From assembly GCA_963730185.1 (NCBI GenBank), contig CAVSQW010000015.1:576001-640000 (forward strand): DNA of 64,000 bases, in the 5' to 3' direction. Below are positions 1 to 10,507 of this stretch, in pieces (within the stretch, counting starts at the first letter, position 1; each line of letters starts with the position of its first letter). The position numbers were made by a program, and so were the translations under genes. Source of the DNA: an uncultured Gemmatimonadales bacterium. Its GTDB lineage: Bacteria; Gemmatimonadota; Gemmatimonadetes; Gemmatimonadales; GWC2-71-9. The notes below the pieces were generated by a model, which did not search any database, was not told where the DNA came from, and saw only the letters and a program-made list of their open reading frames with translations.

Positions 1-2
1 AC

Positions 3-392
3 ACCGTTCGCCAAGCCTTGGCGCAGGGGCGCGATGTGATGGCCGTGCCGGGGCCGATCACCAGCCCGACCAGCGCGGGCACCAACGGCCTGATCCGAGA
101 TGGCGCGGGCCCCTGGCTCGACCCAGACGACCTGTTGGGACACTACCCCGAGGTCTCGATCGAGACCCGGGCCCGGCTCCGCGACGCGGCCGGCCGTGAC
201 CAGCGGGCCGCCCGGCTCCGCGCCGACCTCCGGCGGGTGTACCAACTCCTCGACGAGGTCCCGCGCTCCACCGACGAAGTAGCCGAGCGGCTGGCGCTCG
301 CGCCGGGCGAGGTGCTGAGCCTCCTCACCGAGCTCGAGATCGACGGCGCCGTGGAGCGCCGTGACCAGGGGTTCGTCCGGGGCCTGTCCTGA
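3..392 (+). CDS. dprA: DNA-processing protein DprA, C-terminal part (runs off window start)
   Basis: ALAQGRDVMAVPGPITSPTSAGTNGLIRDGA matches the end of the DprA Rossmann domain; followed by a winged-helix tail (LSLLTELEIDGAV). Confidence 0.85.
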   Translation, partial: TVRQALAQGRDVMAVPGPITSPTSAGTNGLIRDGAGPWLDPDDLLGHYPEVSIETRARLRDAAGRDQRAARLRADLRRVYQLLDEVPRSTDEVAERLALAPGEVLSLLTELEIDGAVERRDQGFVRGLS

Positions 393-404
393 GGCGCGGG
401 CCCA

Positions 405-1505
405 ATGCACGTCTACGTCCACGTTCCCTTCTGCGCCCGCCGGTGCAGCTACTGCGACTTCGCCATCGCCGTCCGGCGCCGGGTGCCCGAGGCCGAGTTC
501 ACCGGCCTGGTGCTCGGCGAGTGGGCCCGGCGCGAGGCCTGGGGCGGTTGGACCTACGCCGGCCCGATCGAGACCCTCTACCTGGGAGGCGGGACACCGT
601 CCCGGCTGGGGGCCGAGGCGATCGAACGGATCGTAACCCGGATTGGCCGGGAGGGGCCGCTCGCCGCCGACGCCGAGGTGACCCTGGAGGCCAACCCCGA
701 AGACGTGATCCCGGCCGCCGCCCGCGGGTGGCGCCGGGCCGGGGTGACCCGGGTGTCGTTAGGTGTTCAGTCGTTCCACGACCCCACCCTCCGGTGGATG
801 CACCGGGTGCATGACGCCGACCGGCCGGCCGACGCGGTCAAGGCCCTGCGGGCGGCCGGGATCGGGAACGTGTCGGTCGACCTGATTTACGCCGTTCCGG
901 CCGCGCTGGAGCGGTCCTGGGGCGCCGATCTCGACCGGGCCCTGGCGCTCGAGCCCGATCACCTCTCGCTCTACGGGCTCACGGTCGAGGAGCACACCCC
1001 GCTGGGGAAGTGGGTCGCCCGGGGCCAGGCGGCACCTCCCGCCGACGACCGTGCCGCCGACGAGTACCTCACCGCTCACGCCCGGCTGACCGGGGCCGGG
1101 TTTCTGCACTACGAAGTCTCGAACGCGGCCCGGCCCGGTCGGCTGTCGCGCCACAATCTCGGCTACTGGCGGCGGGAGCCCTATCTCGGTCTCGGCCCTT
1201 CGGCCCACTCCGCGACCGGCCTCCGGCGCTGGTGGAACGTCCGCGAATGGGAAGCCTACCGGGCCCGAGCAGGGGCCGGAGCGTCACCGGTGGCGGAGGA
1301 AGAGAGCCTCTCGCCTGAATCGGCCCGGCTGGAGACCCTCTATCTCGGTCTCCGCACCCGGGAAGGAGTGCCCCAGGGGCTGGTCCCCGGCCCGATGGCG
1401 GCTGCTTGGGAGCGGGAGGGATGGGCGGCGCGTGACGCGGGGCGCCTGGTGCTCCGCCCGGAGGGATGGCTCCGGCTCGACGCGCTGGTGGCGGCGGTGG
1501 GGTAG
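405..1505 (+). CDS. hemW: Radical SAM heme chaperone HemW (HemN-like)
   Basis: YVHVPFCARRCSYCDF radical SAM CxxxCxxC, GGGTPS, YEVSN, HNLGYW; lies upstream of hrcA. Confidence 0.9.
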   Translation: MHVYVHVPFCARRCSYCDFAIAVRRRVPEAEFTGLVLGEWARREAWGGWTYAGPIETLYLGGGTPSRLGAEAIERIVTRIGREGPLAADAEVTLEANPEDVIPAAARGWRRAGVTRVSLGVQSFHDPTLRWMHRVHDADRPADAVKALRAAGIGNVSVDLIYAVPAALERSWGADLDRALALEPDHLSLYGLTVEEHTPLGKWVARGQAAPPADDRAADEYLTAHARLTGAGFLHYEVSNAARPGRLSRHNLGYWRREPYLGLGPSAHSATGLRRWWNVREWEAYRARAGAGASPVAEEESLSPESARLETLYLGLRTREGVPQGLVPGPMAAAWEREGWAARDAGRLVLRPEGWLRLDALVAAVG

Positions 1506-1614
1506 TGGCCCCAACCCTGCTCCGTACGCTACCATCAGCCGTTCGATCTGCCTGAATGGCGGACCGAGGTGGCAGGGTGGCACGTTGGCATGGATTTCAC
1601 CGGGGTCGTAGGCC

Positions 1615-1620
1615 TAAATT
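1615..1620 (+). promoter_or_regulatory. Putative -10 element of a leaderless hrcA transcript
   Basis: TAAATT 6 nt before the ATG at 1627, no Shine-Dalgarno (SD) sequence. Confidence 0.45.
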
Positions 1621-1626
1621 GCGGCG

Positions 1627-2661
1627 ATGCAGCGAGTTGACCAACTGACCGATCGCGAGGTCCAGGTTCTGGACGCGATCATCCAGCTCTATATCGAGAC
1701 CGCCGAGCCGGCCGGGAGTCAGGCCGTGGCCCGGCGGTCGAACTTGGGCATCTCGCCGGCGTCGATCCGGGCCACGATGGCCGAGCTGGAGAGTCGGGGG
1801 TATCTGTTTCACCCCCATACCTCGAGTGGTCGGGTGCCGACCGACCTGGCGTACCGGCTGTATGTGAACCGGCTGATCCGTCGGGCGCCGCCGAGCGAGC
1901 GGGAGCGGGAGCGGCTGGAGTCGGAGGTGGCCAGCGGTGGGCCGATCGAGGAGATCCTCCGTCGGGCGGCCGAGGTGTTGGGGGTGCTGGCCCAGGAGCT
2001 GGGCGTGGCGGTGGCGCCGGCGTTCGACGGCGCCATCCTGGAGCGGCTGGATCTGGCTCATCTCTCGACCGACCGCCTTCTGGTGGTCCTGACGCTCCAG
2101 AGCGGGCTGGTGCGAACCATCTTCGTCGAGATGCCGAGCGCGGTGGCCCCTGAGGTGGTGGAGCACGTGGCCCGGATCCTCAACGAGCGGCTGGCCGGGT
2201 TGAGTCTGGCGGAGATCAAGTCGTCGGTGGGCGAGCGGCTCCGCGACGCCGACGGCACCGGGAAAGCGACCGCCCTCCTCAACGTGTTCGTGGCGGAGAG
2301 CGAGGAGGTCTTCGACCTTCGGGTGGAGGGTGGCGAGGTGCTCCTGGGCAGCGCCCAGCCGCTGGCGGAGCAGCCCGAGTTCGCGAGCAAGGACCGGATC
2401 CGGGGGCTGATCGCGCTGACCGAACGGCGCGATCTCCTCAAGCGGGCGTTCGACGCCCACCGGAAGCGGGGTCTGACGATCACGATCGGGACCGAGAACG
2501 AGGACCCGCGGTTGGCGAACTTCACCTTGGTGACGGCGTCGTACCGGCGGGGCGGGCTCACCGGGGTGCTGGGCGTCCTCGGCCCCACCCGGATGCCCTA
2601 CGACAAGATCGTCGGCCTGGTCGATCACACGAGTCGGTTGGTGGAAGGATTACTCCAGTGA
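1627..2661 (+). CDS. hrcA: Heat-inducible transcription repressor HrcA
   Basis: [31 protein letters not shown] and [10 protein letters not shown] motifs. Confidence 0.95.
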   Translation: MQRVDQLTDREVQVLDAIIQLYIETAEPAGSQAVARRSNLGISPASIRATMAELESRGYLFHPHTSSGRVPTDLAYRLYVNRLIRRAPPSERERERLESEVASGGPIEEILRRAAEVLGVLAQELGVAVAPAFDGAILERLDLAHLSTDRLLVVLTLQSGLVRTIFVEMPSAVAPEVVEHVARILNERLAGLSLAEIKSSVGERLRDADGTGKATALLNVFVAESEEVFDLRVEGGEVLLGSAQPLAEQPEFASKDRIRGLIALTERRDLLKRAFDAHRKRGLTITIGTENEDPRLANFTLVTASYRRGGLTGVLGVLGPTRMPYDKIVGLVDHTSRLVEGLLQ

Positions 2662-3791
2662 GCGAGTTCTACGATCTCCTGGGCGTGGCGCGCGACGCCT
2701 CGTCCGACGACGTCAAGAAGGCCTACCGGAAGCTCGCGATGCAGTACCATCCGGATCGGAACCGCGAGCCCGATGCCGAGGCCCGGTTCAAGGAGATCTG
2801 TGAGGCGTACGAGGTGCTCCGCGATCCGGACAAGCGGGCCGCGTACGACCGGTACGGTAAAGCGGGTCTGGGGAACGGGCCGGGCGCCGGCGGGTTCCAT
2901 CACGTGGATCTGGCCGAAGCGCTCAACATCTTCATGCGCGACTTCGGCGGGATGGGCGGGTTCGAGAGCATCTTCGGCGGCGGGCGGGCCTCGCCGACCG
3001 AGGCGCGACGGGGCCAGGATCTCCGGGTTACGGTCCGCCTCTCGGTCGAGGAGGTGGCCACCGGGGCCAAGCGGACCGTCAAGCTCAAGACCTACCTCGG
3101 GTGCGGCACCTGCAGCAGCTCCGGGGGTGCCAAAGGCTCCCGTCCGGCCAGTTGCAGCACCTGCGGCGGCGCCGGTGAGGTCCGGCGGGCCACCCGGAGC
3201 ATGTTCGGCCAGTTCGTGTCGGTCGGGCCGTGCCCCACCTGCGGCGGTGAGGGCGCGGTGATCACCGACCCCTGCGAGGTGTGCCGGGGCGAGGGCCGGG
3301 TCCGCGGTGAGCGGACGGTCCAGGTGGAGATCCCGGCCGGCGTCTCGAGCAACAACTACATCACCCTCCGCGGCCAGGGCAGCGCCGGCCGGCGAGGCGG
3401 CCCGAACGGCGACCTGGTGGTGCTGATCGAGGTCAAGGAGGACGAGCGCTGGGAGCGTCAGGGTGACGACCTGGTCGTCGACCTGCCCCTGTCGTTCACC
3501 CAGGCGGCCCTGGGCACGACCGCCAAGGTTCCGATCCCCGGCAGCGAGGAGCAAATCACGGTGCCGGCCGGGATCCAGGCGGGAACGGTGCTCCGGCTCA
3601 AGGGGAAGGGCCTCCCCCGGCTGGGCCGCTCGGGCCACGGCGACCTCAACGTGCGGGTGTCGATCTGGACGCCGCAGAACCTGACCGACGAGCAGCGCCG
3701 GCTGCTGGAGGAGCTGGCCAAGGTGGAGGGCGGCCCGCCCACGGAGAGCAGCGGGTTCTGGAGCAAGCTCAAGGAAGCCCTGGGCGCATGA
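2658..3791 (+). CDS. dnaJ: Chaperone DnaJ
   Basis: J domain with HPD, G/F-rich region, four CxxCxxxG zinc-finger repeats. Confidence 0.97.
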   Translation: MSEFYDLLGVARDASSDDVKKAYRKLAMQYHPDRNREPDAEARFKEICEAYEVLRDPDKRAAYDRYGKAGLGNGPGAGGFHHVDLAEALNIFMRDFGGMGGFESIFGGGRASPTEARRGQDLRVTVRLSVEEVATGAKRTVKLKTYLGCGTCSSSGGAKGSRPASCSTCGGAGEVRRATRSMFGQFVSVGPCPTCGGEGAVITDPCEVCRGEGRVRGERTVQVEIPAGVSSNNYITLRGQGSAGRRGGPNGDLVVLIEVKEDERWERQGDDLVVDLPLSFTQAALGTTAKVPIPGSEEQITVPAGIQAGTVLRLKGKGLPRLGRSGHGDLNVRVSIWTPQNLTDEQRRLLEELAKVEGGPPTESSGFWSKLKEALGA

Positions 3792-4609
3792 CCTGGTGGG
3801 CCATCGAGGTCGAGGCGGCGTCCGACCGTCGCGATCTCGTGGGCCAGCGGCTCGCCGCCCTGACCGGGCAAGCCGTGGTGGAGCGGCCGGAAGGTGTGTT
3901 GGTCGGCTATCAGGCCGACCGCGATGCCGCGGACCAGGTGGCCGCCGATCTCCAGCGGCGCTTCGAGGGGCTCACCGTGATCGTCCAATCGGTCGAGCCG
4001 GTGGACTGGACCGAGCGCTGGAAAGACGGCCTGGCGGTGCGCGAGGTGGGCCGACTCGCGATCGGACCATCATGGCTGCTCGAGCCGGGACCGGCCCGGG
4101 TGGTCGTCGATCCGGAAATGGCGTTCGGCACTGGGGAGCACGGATCCACCCGGGGTGCGCTCACCCTCCTGGCTCGCCATCTCCCGCCGGGCGCCGCCGT
4201 GCTGGACCTGGGCAGCGGGAGCGGCATCCTCACGATCGCGGCAATCAAGCTGGGCGCCCGACACGCCATCGGGATCGAGATCGATCCCGACGCCGTCCCG
4301 GTCGCGGAAGCGAACGCCGGACACAACGGCGTCGGAGCCCGGGTCCGGTTCCTATTGGGGGACGCCGGCATCCTCGCCCCGGTCGCGGGTCCGGTCGGCC
4401 TGGTGGTCTCGAACATTCTTCGGAACGCCAACTTGGCGCTGCTCGATCCGATCGCTCGGGCGCTCGCGACCGACGGGGTGGCCATTTTCGCGGGGATGGA
4501 AACCGACGAGGCACCGCTCTTCCGGCCCGGCCTCGAGGAGGCCGGCTTCGAGCCGATCGACGAGCTGGTCGACGCCGGCTGGTGGTCGGTCGCGGCCCGG
4601 GTGCGATGA
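3788..4609 (+). CDS. prmA: Ribosomal protein L11 methyltransferase
   Basis: [25 protein letters not shown]; follows dnaJ. Confidence 0.9.
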   Translation: MTWWAIEVEAASDRRDLVGQRLAALTGQAVVERPEGVLVGYQADRDAADQVAADLQRRFEGLTVIVQSVEPVDWTERWKDGLAVREVGRLAIGPSWLLEPGPARVVVDPEMAFGTGEHGSTRGALTLLARHLPPGAAVLDLGSGSGILTIAAIKLGARHAIGIEIDPDAVPVAEANAGHNGVGARVRFLLGDAGILAPVAGPVGLVVSNILRNANLALLDPIARALATDGVAIFAGMETDEAPLFRPGLEEAGFEPIDELVDAGWWSVAARVR

Positions 4610-5310
4610 TCCGCCTGTTCTCGGCCGACCCCCTGGCACCGGACCAGGCCCGCTTCGATCCCGAGCCCGACGACCGCCACCACCTGGGGGTGCGCCGGGC
4701 GGCGCCGGACGATCCGGTGGAGGTGCTCGATGGGCGGGGTGGGATCGCGGCCGGCCGGCTGGTCGGCGAGCCGAAGACGGCGTGGGTCGCGATCGACGCC
4801 GTACGCCGGGTTCCCCGGCCACCCCCGCTGGCGCTCCTGGTCGGGGCCGGCGACCGCGATCGCTTCCTCTGGCTGGTGGAGAAGGCGCAGGAGCTGAGCG
4901 CGACCCGGGTGGTGCCGGTGACGACCGAACGGGTGCGCGGGGTGGCCACCCGGGTGCGGGCCGAGCAGCTGACCAAGGCCCGTCGGCGAGCGGTCGAAGC
5001 GCTCAAGCAGTCTGGTGGGGCGTGGCTGCTCGAGCTCGACCAGCCGATCGAGCTCCTCCCCGCGCTGGCGGGAGTCGACGCCCCGGTCCGATGGCTGGCC
5101 GACGGGGCGGGTCGCGCGCCGGGGCCGGTCGGCGGCGCCGCGGTGGCCGTGCTCGTAGGCCCCGAGGGCGGGCTTACCTCCACCGAGCGCGAGGCCGCCC
5201 AGGCCGCGGGCTTCGAGCCGGTCCGCCTGGCGGCCGCCACCCTTCGGTTCGAGACCGCCGCGATCGCCGCGGCGGCCGTGATCACCTCCCAGCGAGGGAG
5301 CCCATCGTGA
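4606..5310 (+). CDS. rsmE: 16S rRNA m3U1498 methyltransferase RsmE
   Basis: LVEKAQEL, EALKQSG, VGPEGGL, LRFETAA; ATG overlaps the prmA stop. Confidence 0.88.
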   Translation: MIRLFSADPLAPDQARFDPEPDDRHHLGVRRAAPDDPVEVLDGRGGIAAGRLVGEPKTAWVAIDAVRRVPRPPPLALLVGAGDRDRFLWLVEKAQELSATRVVPVTTERVRGVATRVRAEQLTKARRRAVEALKQSGGAWLLELDQPIELLPALAGVDAPVRWLADGAGRAPGPVGGAAVAVLVGPEGGLTSTEREAAQAAGFEPVRLAAATLRFETAAIAAAAVITSQRGSPS

Positions 5311-5645
5311 GCTGCATCTTCTGCCGGATCGTGGCCGGCGAGATCCCGGCCACCATCGTCGCCCGGAACGAACACGCCGTGGCCTTCCGGGACCTGAATC
5401 CTCAGGCGCCGACCCATGTGCTCGTCATCCCGACCAGCCACCTCGCCAGCCTCGCCGACACCGCCGGCCCGGAGGGCCAGACGGCCCTGGCTCACACCAT
5501 GGCGCTGGCCGTCGAGGTGGCCGGGCAGCTCGGTCTGGAGAGCTACCGGGTGGTGACCAACGTGGGGCCCGATGCCGGCCAGTCGGTGTTCCACCTGCAC
5601 GTGCATCTGTTGGGGGGCCGGAAGATGGGGTGGCCGCCGGGGTGA
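5307..5645 (+). CDS. HIT family nucleotide-binding protein
   Basis: CIFCRIVAGEIP...FRDLNPQAPTHVLVIP...GQSVFHLHVHLLGGR; GTG start overlapping the rsmE stop. Confidence 0.92.
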   Translation: MSCIFCRIVAGEIPATIVARNEHAVAFRDLNPQAPTHVLVIPTSHLASLADTAGPEGQTALAHTMALAVEVAGQLGLESYRVVTNVGPDAGQSVFHLHVHLLGGRKMGWPPG

Positions 5646-5881
5646 GGGACGGGGGGAGGCGGGGGAGAGAGGGGGAGAGAGAGATGGGGAGAGATAGGGG
5701 AGATGGGGAGAGATGGGGGGGGATGGGGGGGAGATGGGGGGACTGGGAGGGCCTCCGAGGATAGCGGGGTAGGGGGAGAGCGGATCGGCGCCGCGCTCCC
5801 ACCCCGTCCCACCCCATCCCACCCCATCCCTCCCCGTCCCACCCCATCCCACCCCCCCCCCATCCCTCCCCATCCCTCCCC
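5646..5881. repeat. Pentamer-based G-rich arm plus C-rich arm, low-complexity imperfect inverted repeat
   Basis: GGGGA/GAGAT/GGGAT-type units at about 5646-5750 and CCCCA/TCCCA/CCCCG units at about 5797-5881. Confidence 0.75.
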
Positions 5882-5958
5882 TTGTTCTTCTTTTCGCGCT
5901 AACTTTCATCCCTCCAAAGTGTTCGCCCAGTCGGGCACGGAAGGGGTGAGTTCAGCGC

Positions 5959-6156
5959 ATGTCCGAAGTCATCCTTCATGATGACGAGAACTTCGAGCGC
6001 GCTCTGAAGCGCTTCAAGAAGAAGTGCGAAAAGGCTGGGATCCTGGCGGATCTCCGCAAGCATCGGCACTACGAGAAGCCGAGCGAGAAAAAGAAGCGGA
6101 AGACCAACGCGGCCGCTCGAAAGTCGCGGCGCAGCGCCCGGTTTTCCCGTGGTTGA
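5959..6156 (+). CDS. rpsU: 30S ribosomal protein S21
   Basis: [33 protein letters not shown]. Confidence 0.97.
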   Translation: MSEVILHDDENFERALKRFKKKCEKAGILADLRKHRHYEKPSEKKKRKTNAAARKSRRSARFSRG

Positions 6157-6224
6157 ACGGCATGGCGGCGGCTTGGTGGCCCCGCGTTCGGGGACCGCCC
6201 GATGATCGGAGCACCGTGGGCAGG

Positions 6225-8708
6225 ATGAAGTCGGAGTCGGAGGAAAACGGCGAGGGGGTGCGGGTGCCCGCGGGCACCGGCACCCCTTCCCCGTTCGAGC
6301 CGTCGTTAGGCGGCCGGCGCCCGGTCCAGGAGGCTCCCGCCGCGGGCCCCGCCCTCGACGACGCGGCCGCCCTCGATTTCGACGAGGCCCTCGCCCTGGT
6401 GGCCGAGCACGCGAGCGGTCCGCTCGGGGCCGAGCGGGTTCGGGCCCGGCGCCCCCTGGCGGACCCCGCGGCGGTCGAAACCGAGCTGGCGCCGGTGGCG
6501 GAGCTGTTGGCCCTGGCCGGCCGGGGCGAGACGGTCGACGTGCCGGCGGTGCCGCCGATCGACGGGGCGCTGGGCCGCCTCCGGGTGGAGGGTAGCGTGC
6601 TGAGCGGCCCCGAGCTGGTCCGGATCCGGCAGACCGTCGCGGCCGCCCGGACGGTGCATGCCGAGCTCCGGCGGGTGGCCGCCGAGGCGCCGACCGCGGC
6701 GGGGCTGGCCGTTCCGCCTCCCGACCAGGCGCTCGAGCGCCGGCTGGCCGAGGCGGTGGACGACGAGGGCGAGCTGCTCGACACCGCGAGCCCCAGGCTC
6801 CAGAAGGCCCGGCGCGAGATCCACGCCGCGCGCGAGCGGTTGGTCAAGAAGCTGGAGTCGATCCTGGGCTCGCTCGACAGCGAGGCCCCGGCCGGCGCCC
6901 AGGTCACGATCCGGGGCGATCGCTACGTGATTCCAGTCCGCCGGGACTCGCGCTCCCGGCCCGAGGGCGTCGTCCACGACGAATCCGCGAGCCACGGCAC
7001 CCTCTTCATCGAGCCGACCGCCGCGATCGAGACCGGCAACGCGCTCCGGAGCGCGGTGCTGGCGGCCGAGCGCGAGGCGTTGGCGGTGCTCCGGGAGCTG
7101 ACCGAGCGGTGCCGGCCGGAGCGCGAAGCGCTCCGGAGCGCCCACGCGATGTGCGTCGCGGCCGACGACCTGGTGGCCCGGGTCCGGTACGCCACCGTGG
7201 TCCGGGGGGCGGTGCCCCGGGTTACGACGGGGCGACTCGACCTCCGGGGCGCCCGGCACCCGCTCCTCCTGGCCCGGGAGGTCGCGGTGGTCCCGTTCGA
7301 CCTGGCCCTCGAGCCACAGGAGCGGACCCTGCTGATCAGCGGCCCCAACGCGGGCGGGAAGACCGTGCTGCTCAAGACGGTCGGGCTGACGACCCTGCTC
7401 GTTCAGGCCGGCATCGTGCCGCCCCTCGGGGCCGGCTCGGAGGTCCCCGTCTATGCCCAGGTGTTCGCCGACATCGGCGACCACCAGTCGCTGGCCGCCG
7501 ATCTGAGTACCTTCAGCGCCCACCTGGTCACCCTCCGCAAGGTGCTGGAACGGGCCGGTCCCGGCACCCTGGTGCTGATGGACGAGGTCGGGAGCGGCAC
7601 CGACCCCGCCGAGGGCGCCGCGCTCGCCCGGGCGGCCCTCACCGTCCTGACTCGGCGCGGCGCCACCGCGATCGCCACCACCCACCTGGGCGCACTCAAG
7701 ACCCTGGCCGGTGACGTTCCCGGGGTCGTGAACGGCTCGCTCGAGTTCGATGCCGAGCGTCTGAGCCCGACCTTCCGTTTCCAGAAGGGGGTGCCGGGCC
7801 GGTCCTACGGGCTGGCGATCGCCCGCCGGCTCGGGCTCGATCCCGAGGTGCTGAACGACGCGGAGGCCCAGGTGCCGGACCGGGAACGGGCCCTGGACGA
7901 CCTGTTGAGCCAGGTCGAGACCCGAGCCCGGCGCCTGGAGGGGTGGGAGACCAGCCTCGAGGCCCGCCAGGCGTCGGTGACTCTCCGGGAGGAGTCGACC
8001 GAGGCCCGCGAGACGCTCCAGCGGGCGAGGGAAAAGGAGCTCACCCGGCGAGAGCGCGATGCCGAGAAGGCCGGACGCCGCGAGGCCCGGAAGCTCCTGC
8101 TCGACGCTCGCTCGAAGGTGGAGGACACGCTCCGCCAGGCGCAGGCCCTGACCAGCGCCGAGGAGGCCCGCCGGGTTCGTCGCGAGCTGGAGGACGCGGC
8201 CCGCGGCGAGACCGATCGGCTGGAGGCGATCGAAGCGGCCGAGGTGGCGGAGCTGGACGGCGGGCCGGTGGAGCCCGGGCAGCGGGTCCGGCTCTCGGCG
8301 GGTGGCGTGGGCTCGGTCCTCGAGATCCGCGGCGACGGTAAGGCGCTGGTGGCGCTCGGCGCCGTCAAGGTCATCGTGCCCGTCAGCGAGCTGATCCCGG
8401 TGGCCGGCGAAGCGCCCAAGGCCCCCGCGCCCCGGCCCACGATGCCCGATCCGACGCCGTCGGCCGGCGAGATCGACCTCCGTGGCTTTCGGGGCGACGA
8501 GGCCGAGGCCGCGACGCTCGCGGCGGTCGACGCGGCGGTTCTGGGCGACCAGCCGATCCTTCGCATCATCCACGGCATGGGGACTGGGGTGGTGCGCGAC
8601 CGGGTGCGGCGGGTGCTCCAGCACGACCGCCGGGTGGCCCGGTTCGACTTCGCGCCCCGGCAGCAGGGCGGCACCGGCGTGACCATCGTGGAGTTTTCGG
8701 GCGGATGA
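6225..8708 (+). CDS. mutS2: Endonuclease MutS2 (start uncertain)
   Basis: Walker A SGPNAGGKT, DIGDHQS, DEVGSGTDP, TTH, C-terminal Smr domain (IDLRG...IIHGMGTG). Confidence 0.92.
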   Translation: MKSESEENGEGVRVPAGTGTPSPFEPSLGGRRPVQEAPAAGPALDDAAALDFDEALALVAEHASGPLGAERVRARRPLADPAAVETELAPVAELLALAGRGETVDVPAVPPIDGALGRLRVEGSVLSGPELVRIRQTVAAARTVHAELRRVAAEAPTAAGLAVPPPDQALERRLAEAVDDEGELLDTASPRLQKARREIHAARERLVKKLESILGSLDSEAPAGAQVTIRGDRYVIPVRRDSRSRPEGVVHDESASHGTLFIEPTAAIETGNALRSAVLAAEREALAVLRELTERCRPEREALRSAHAMCVAADDLVARVRYATVVRGAVPRVTTGRLDLRGARHPLLLAREVAVVPFDLALEPQERTLLISGPNAGGKTVLLKTVGLTTLLVQAGIVPPLGAGSEVPVYAQVFADIGDHQSLAADLSTFSAHLVTLRKVLERAGPGTLVLMDEVGSGTDPAEGAALARAALTVLTRRGATAIATTHLGALKTLAGDVPGVVNGSLEFDAERLSPTFRFQKGVPGRSYGLAIARRLGLDPEVLNDAEAQVPDRERALDDLLSQVETRARRLEGWETSLEARQASVTLREESTEARETLQRAREKELTRRERDAEKAGRREARKLLLDARSKVEDTLRQAQALTSAEEARRVRRELEDAARGETDRLEAIEAAEVAELDGGPVEPGQRVRLSAGGVGSVLEIRGDGKALVALGAVKVIVPVSELIPVAGEAPKAPAPRPTMPDPTPSAGEIDLRGFRGDEAEAATLAAVDAAVLGDQPILRIIHGMGTGVVRDRVRRVLQHDRRVARFDFAPRQQGGTGVTIVEFSGG

Positions 8709-10501
8709 TTCCGGACGAGGTGATCGAACAGGTTCGCGACGCGGCCGATCTGATCGGCCTGATCGGCGAGTCGGTGCAGCTCAAGCGCACCGGGGCCGAC
8801 TGGCGCGGCCCCTGTCCGTTCCACGGCGGGACCCACCGGAATTTCGCCGTGATTCCCCGGAAGGGGATGTACTACTGCTACGTCTGTCACGAGGCGGGCG
8901 ACGTCTTCACCTTCCTGATGAAGAAGTTCGGGATGGACTACCCCACCGCGGTTCGGGAGGTGGCCCGGCGGGTGGGGATCGTGATTCCGGAGCGGAACGA
9001 GCGGCAGGGCCCTGATCCCCGGGAGCCGCTCTTCAGCGCGATGGCCGTGGCGCAGGAGTGGTTCGCGACCCGGCTCCGGGAAGGACGGGACGCCGATCAG
9101 GCCCGCCGCTACCTCGAATCGCGCGAGCTGGCCATGCCGGTGGCGGCGGAGCTCGGGCTCGGCTACGCTCCGAGCGACAAGAGCTTCCTCGCGGCGATGA
9201 AGCAGCTCGGAATCGAGGAGCCCGTGCTGCTCGAGGCCGGGCTGATGGTCCAGCGGGCGGACGGGTCGACCGGACTGCGGTTCCGGAGCCGGCTCATCTT
9301 CCCGATTCACGACCTTCGAGGGCGGGTGGTGGCCCTCGGCGGCCGCCTGCTCGGTCCCGGCGAGCCCAAGTATCTCAACTCGCCGGAGACCCCGATCTTC
9401 CACAAAGGTGGCACCCTGTACCATCTTCACCAGGCTCGGAACGCCATCCGGAAGGAAGGGGCGGCGATCCTGGTGGAGGGATACTTCGACGTGCTCCGGC
9501 TCGCGCTCGCTGGGATCGAGCACGTCGTCGCGCCGCTCGGCACGGCGCTCACCGGCGACCAGGCCGAGCTGCTGAAGCGGTACGCGGGCACTGCCGTGCT
9601 GCTCTACGACAGCGACGCCGCCGGCCTCCGGGCCACGTTCCGGGCCGGGGAAGAGTGCCTTCGGCACGGGCTTCGGGTCCGGGTGGCGACGTTGCCGCCC
9701 GAGGAGGATCCGGATACGCTGGTGAGACGGGGAGGCGCCGCCGCGATGGAGCCGATCCTCAAGGACGGGGTGGATCTGCTGGAGCGGAAGATCCAGCTGC
9801 TGGAGCGGAAGGGATGGTTCGAGGATGTGGCCCGGCGCCGCGATGCCCTCGACAAGCTGATCCCGACGATCCGGGCGGCCAGCGATCCGATTGCCCGGGA
9901 CCTGTACCTGGCGCGGGTGGCCGAGCGGGTCGGGATCTCCCGAGCGGTGCTGGAGCGGGAGCTGGCCGAGCGGCCGGCGTCGCCCCCGTCGGCGCCGCCC
10001 CCTCCACGCCGGGCGGATGGGCCGCCGCCGGCGCCTCGGCGGCCGAGGGTTCGCCGGGAGGGCGCCTCGATCGAGGAAGGCCTGCTCCGGCTCCTCATCC
10101 GCGATCGCTCGTGGCTCGACCGGGCCCGGCGCGAGGTTCCGCCGACCCGGTTCGAGGTGCCGGAGTTCCGGGAGGTGTACGACGCCCTGCTGGGCCTCGA
10201 TCCCGGCGAGACGACCGGCGACCTGGCCGATCGGCTGTCGCCCGGGGGACAGGCCGCCTGGCAGCGGCTGGCCGAGCCCGCCGGACCGGCGGGCGAGCTG
10301 GACTGGGACGCCGAGTACGCCGGCGCGGTTCAAGTCCTGGAAGAACGCGAGCTGTTCCGGTCGCTCCCGTCGGGCAGCGATCCGGAAGCCCGCCGTCAAG
10401 GCCTCGAGCAGCTGTCGCCCGAGGCGCGGCAACGATTGTCCTGGCAGCAGCAACTCAAGCGCACCCGGTCCCGACCGACCGACGCCCGTTCCGAAGGATG
10501 A
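8705..10501 (+). CDS. dnaG: DNA primase
   Basis: CPFH...CYVC zinc finger, PKYLNSPET, VEGYFDV, YDSDAAG Toprim motifs. Confidence 0.97.
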   Translation: MIPDEVIEQVRDAADLIGLIGESVQLKRTGADWRGPCPFHGGTHRNFAVIPRKGMYYCYVCHEAGDVFTFLMKKFGMDYPTAVREVARRVGIVIPERNERQGPDPREPLFSAMAVAQEWFATRLREGRDADQARRYLESRELAMPVAAELGLGYAPSDKSFLAAMKQLGIEEPVLLEAGLMVQRADGSTGLRFRSRLIFPIHDLRGRVVALGGRLLGPGEPKYLNSPETPIFHKGGTLYHLHQARNAIRKEGAAILVEGYFDVLRLALAGIEHVVAPLGTALTGDQAELLKRYAGTAVLLYDSDAAGLRATFRAGEECLRHGLRVRVATLPPEEDPDTLVRRGGAAAMEPILKDGVDLLERKIQLLERKGWFEDVARRRDALDKLIPTIRAASDPIARDLYLARVAERVGISRAVLERELAERPASPPSAPPPPRRADGPPPAPRRPRVRREGASIEEGLLRLLIRDRSWLDRARREVPPTRFEVPEFREVYDALLGLDPGETTGDLADRLSPGGQAAWQRLAEPAGPAGELDWDAEYAGAVQVLEERELFRSLPSGSDPEARRQGLEQLSPEARQRLSWQQQLKRTRSRPTDARSEG

Positions 10502-10507
10502 GAGGAA

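Noticed and set aside
1506..1626. CIRCE element upstream of hrcA
   Set aside because: No TTAGCACTC-N9-GAGTGCTAA-like inverted repeat is visible; only short TGGCA repeats.
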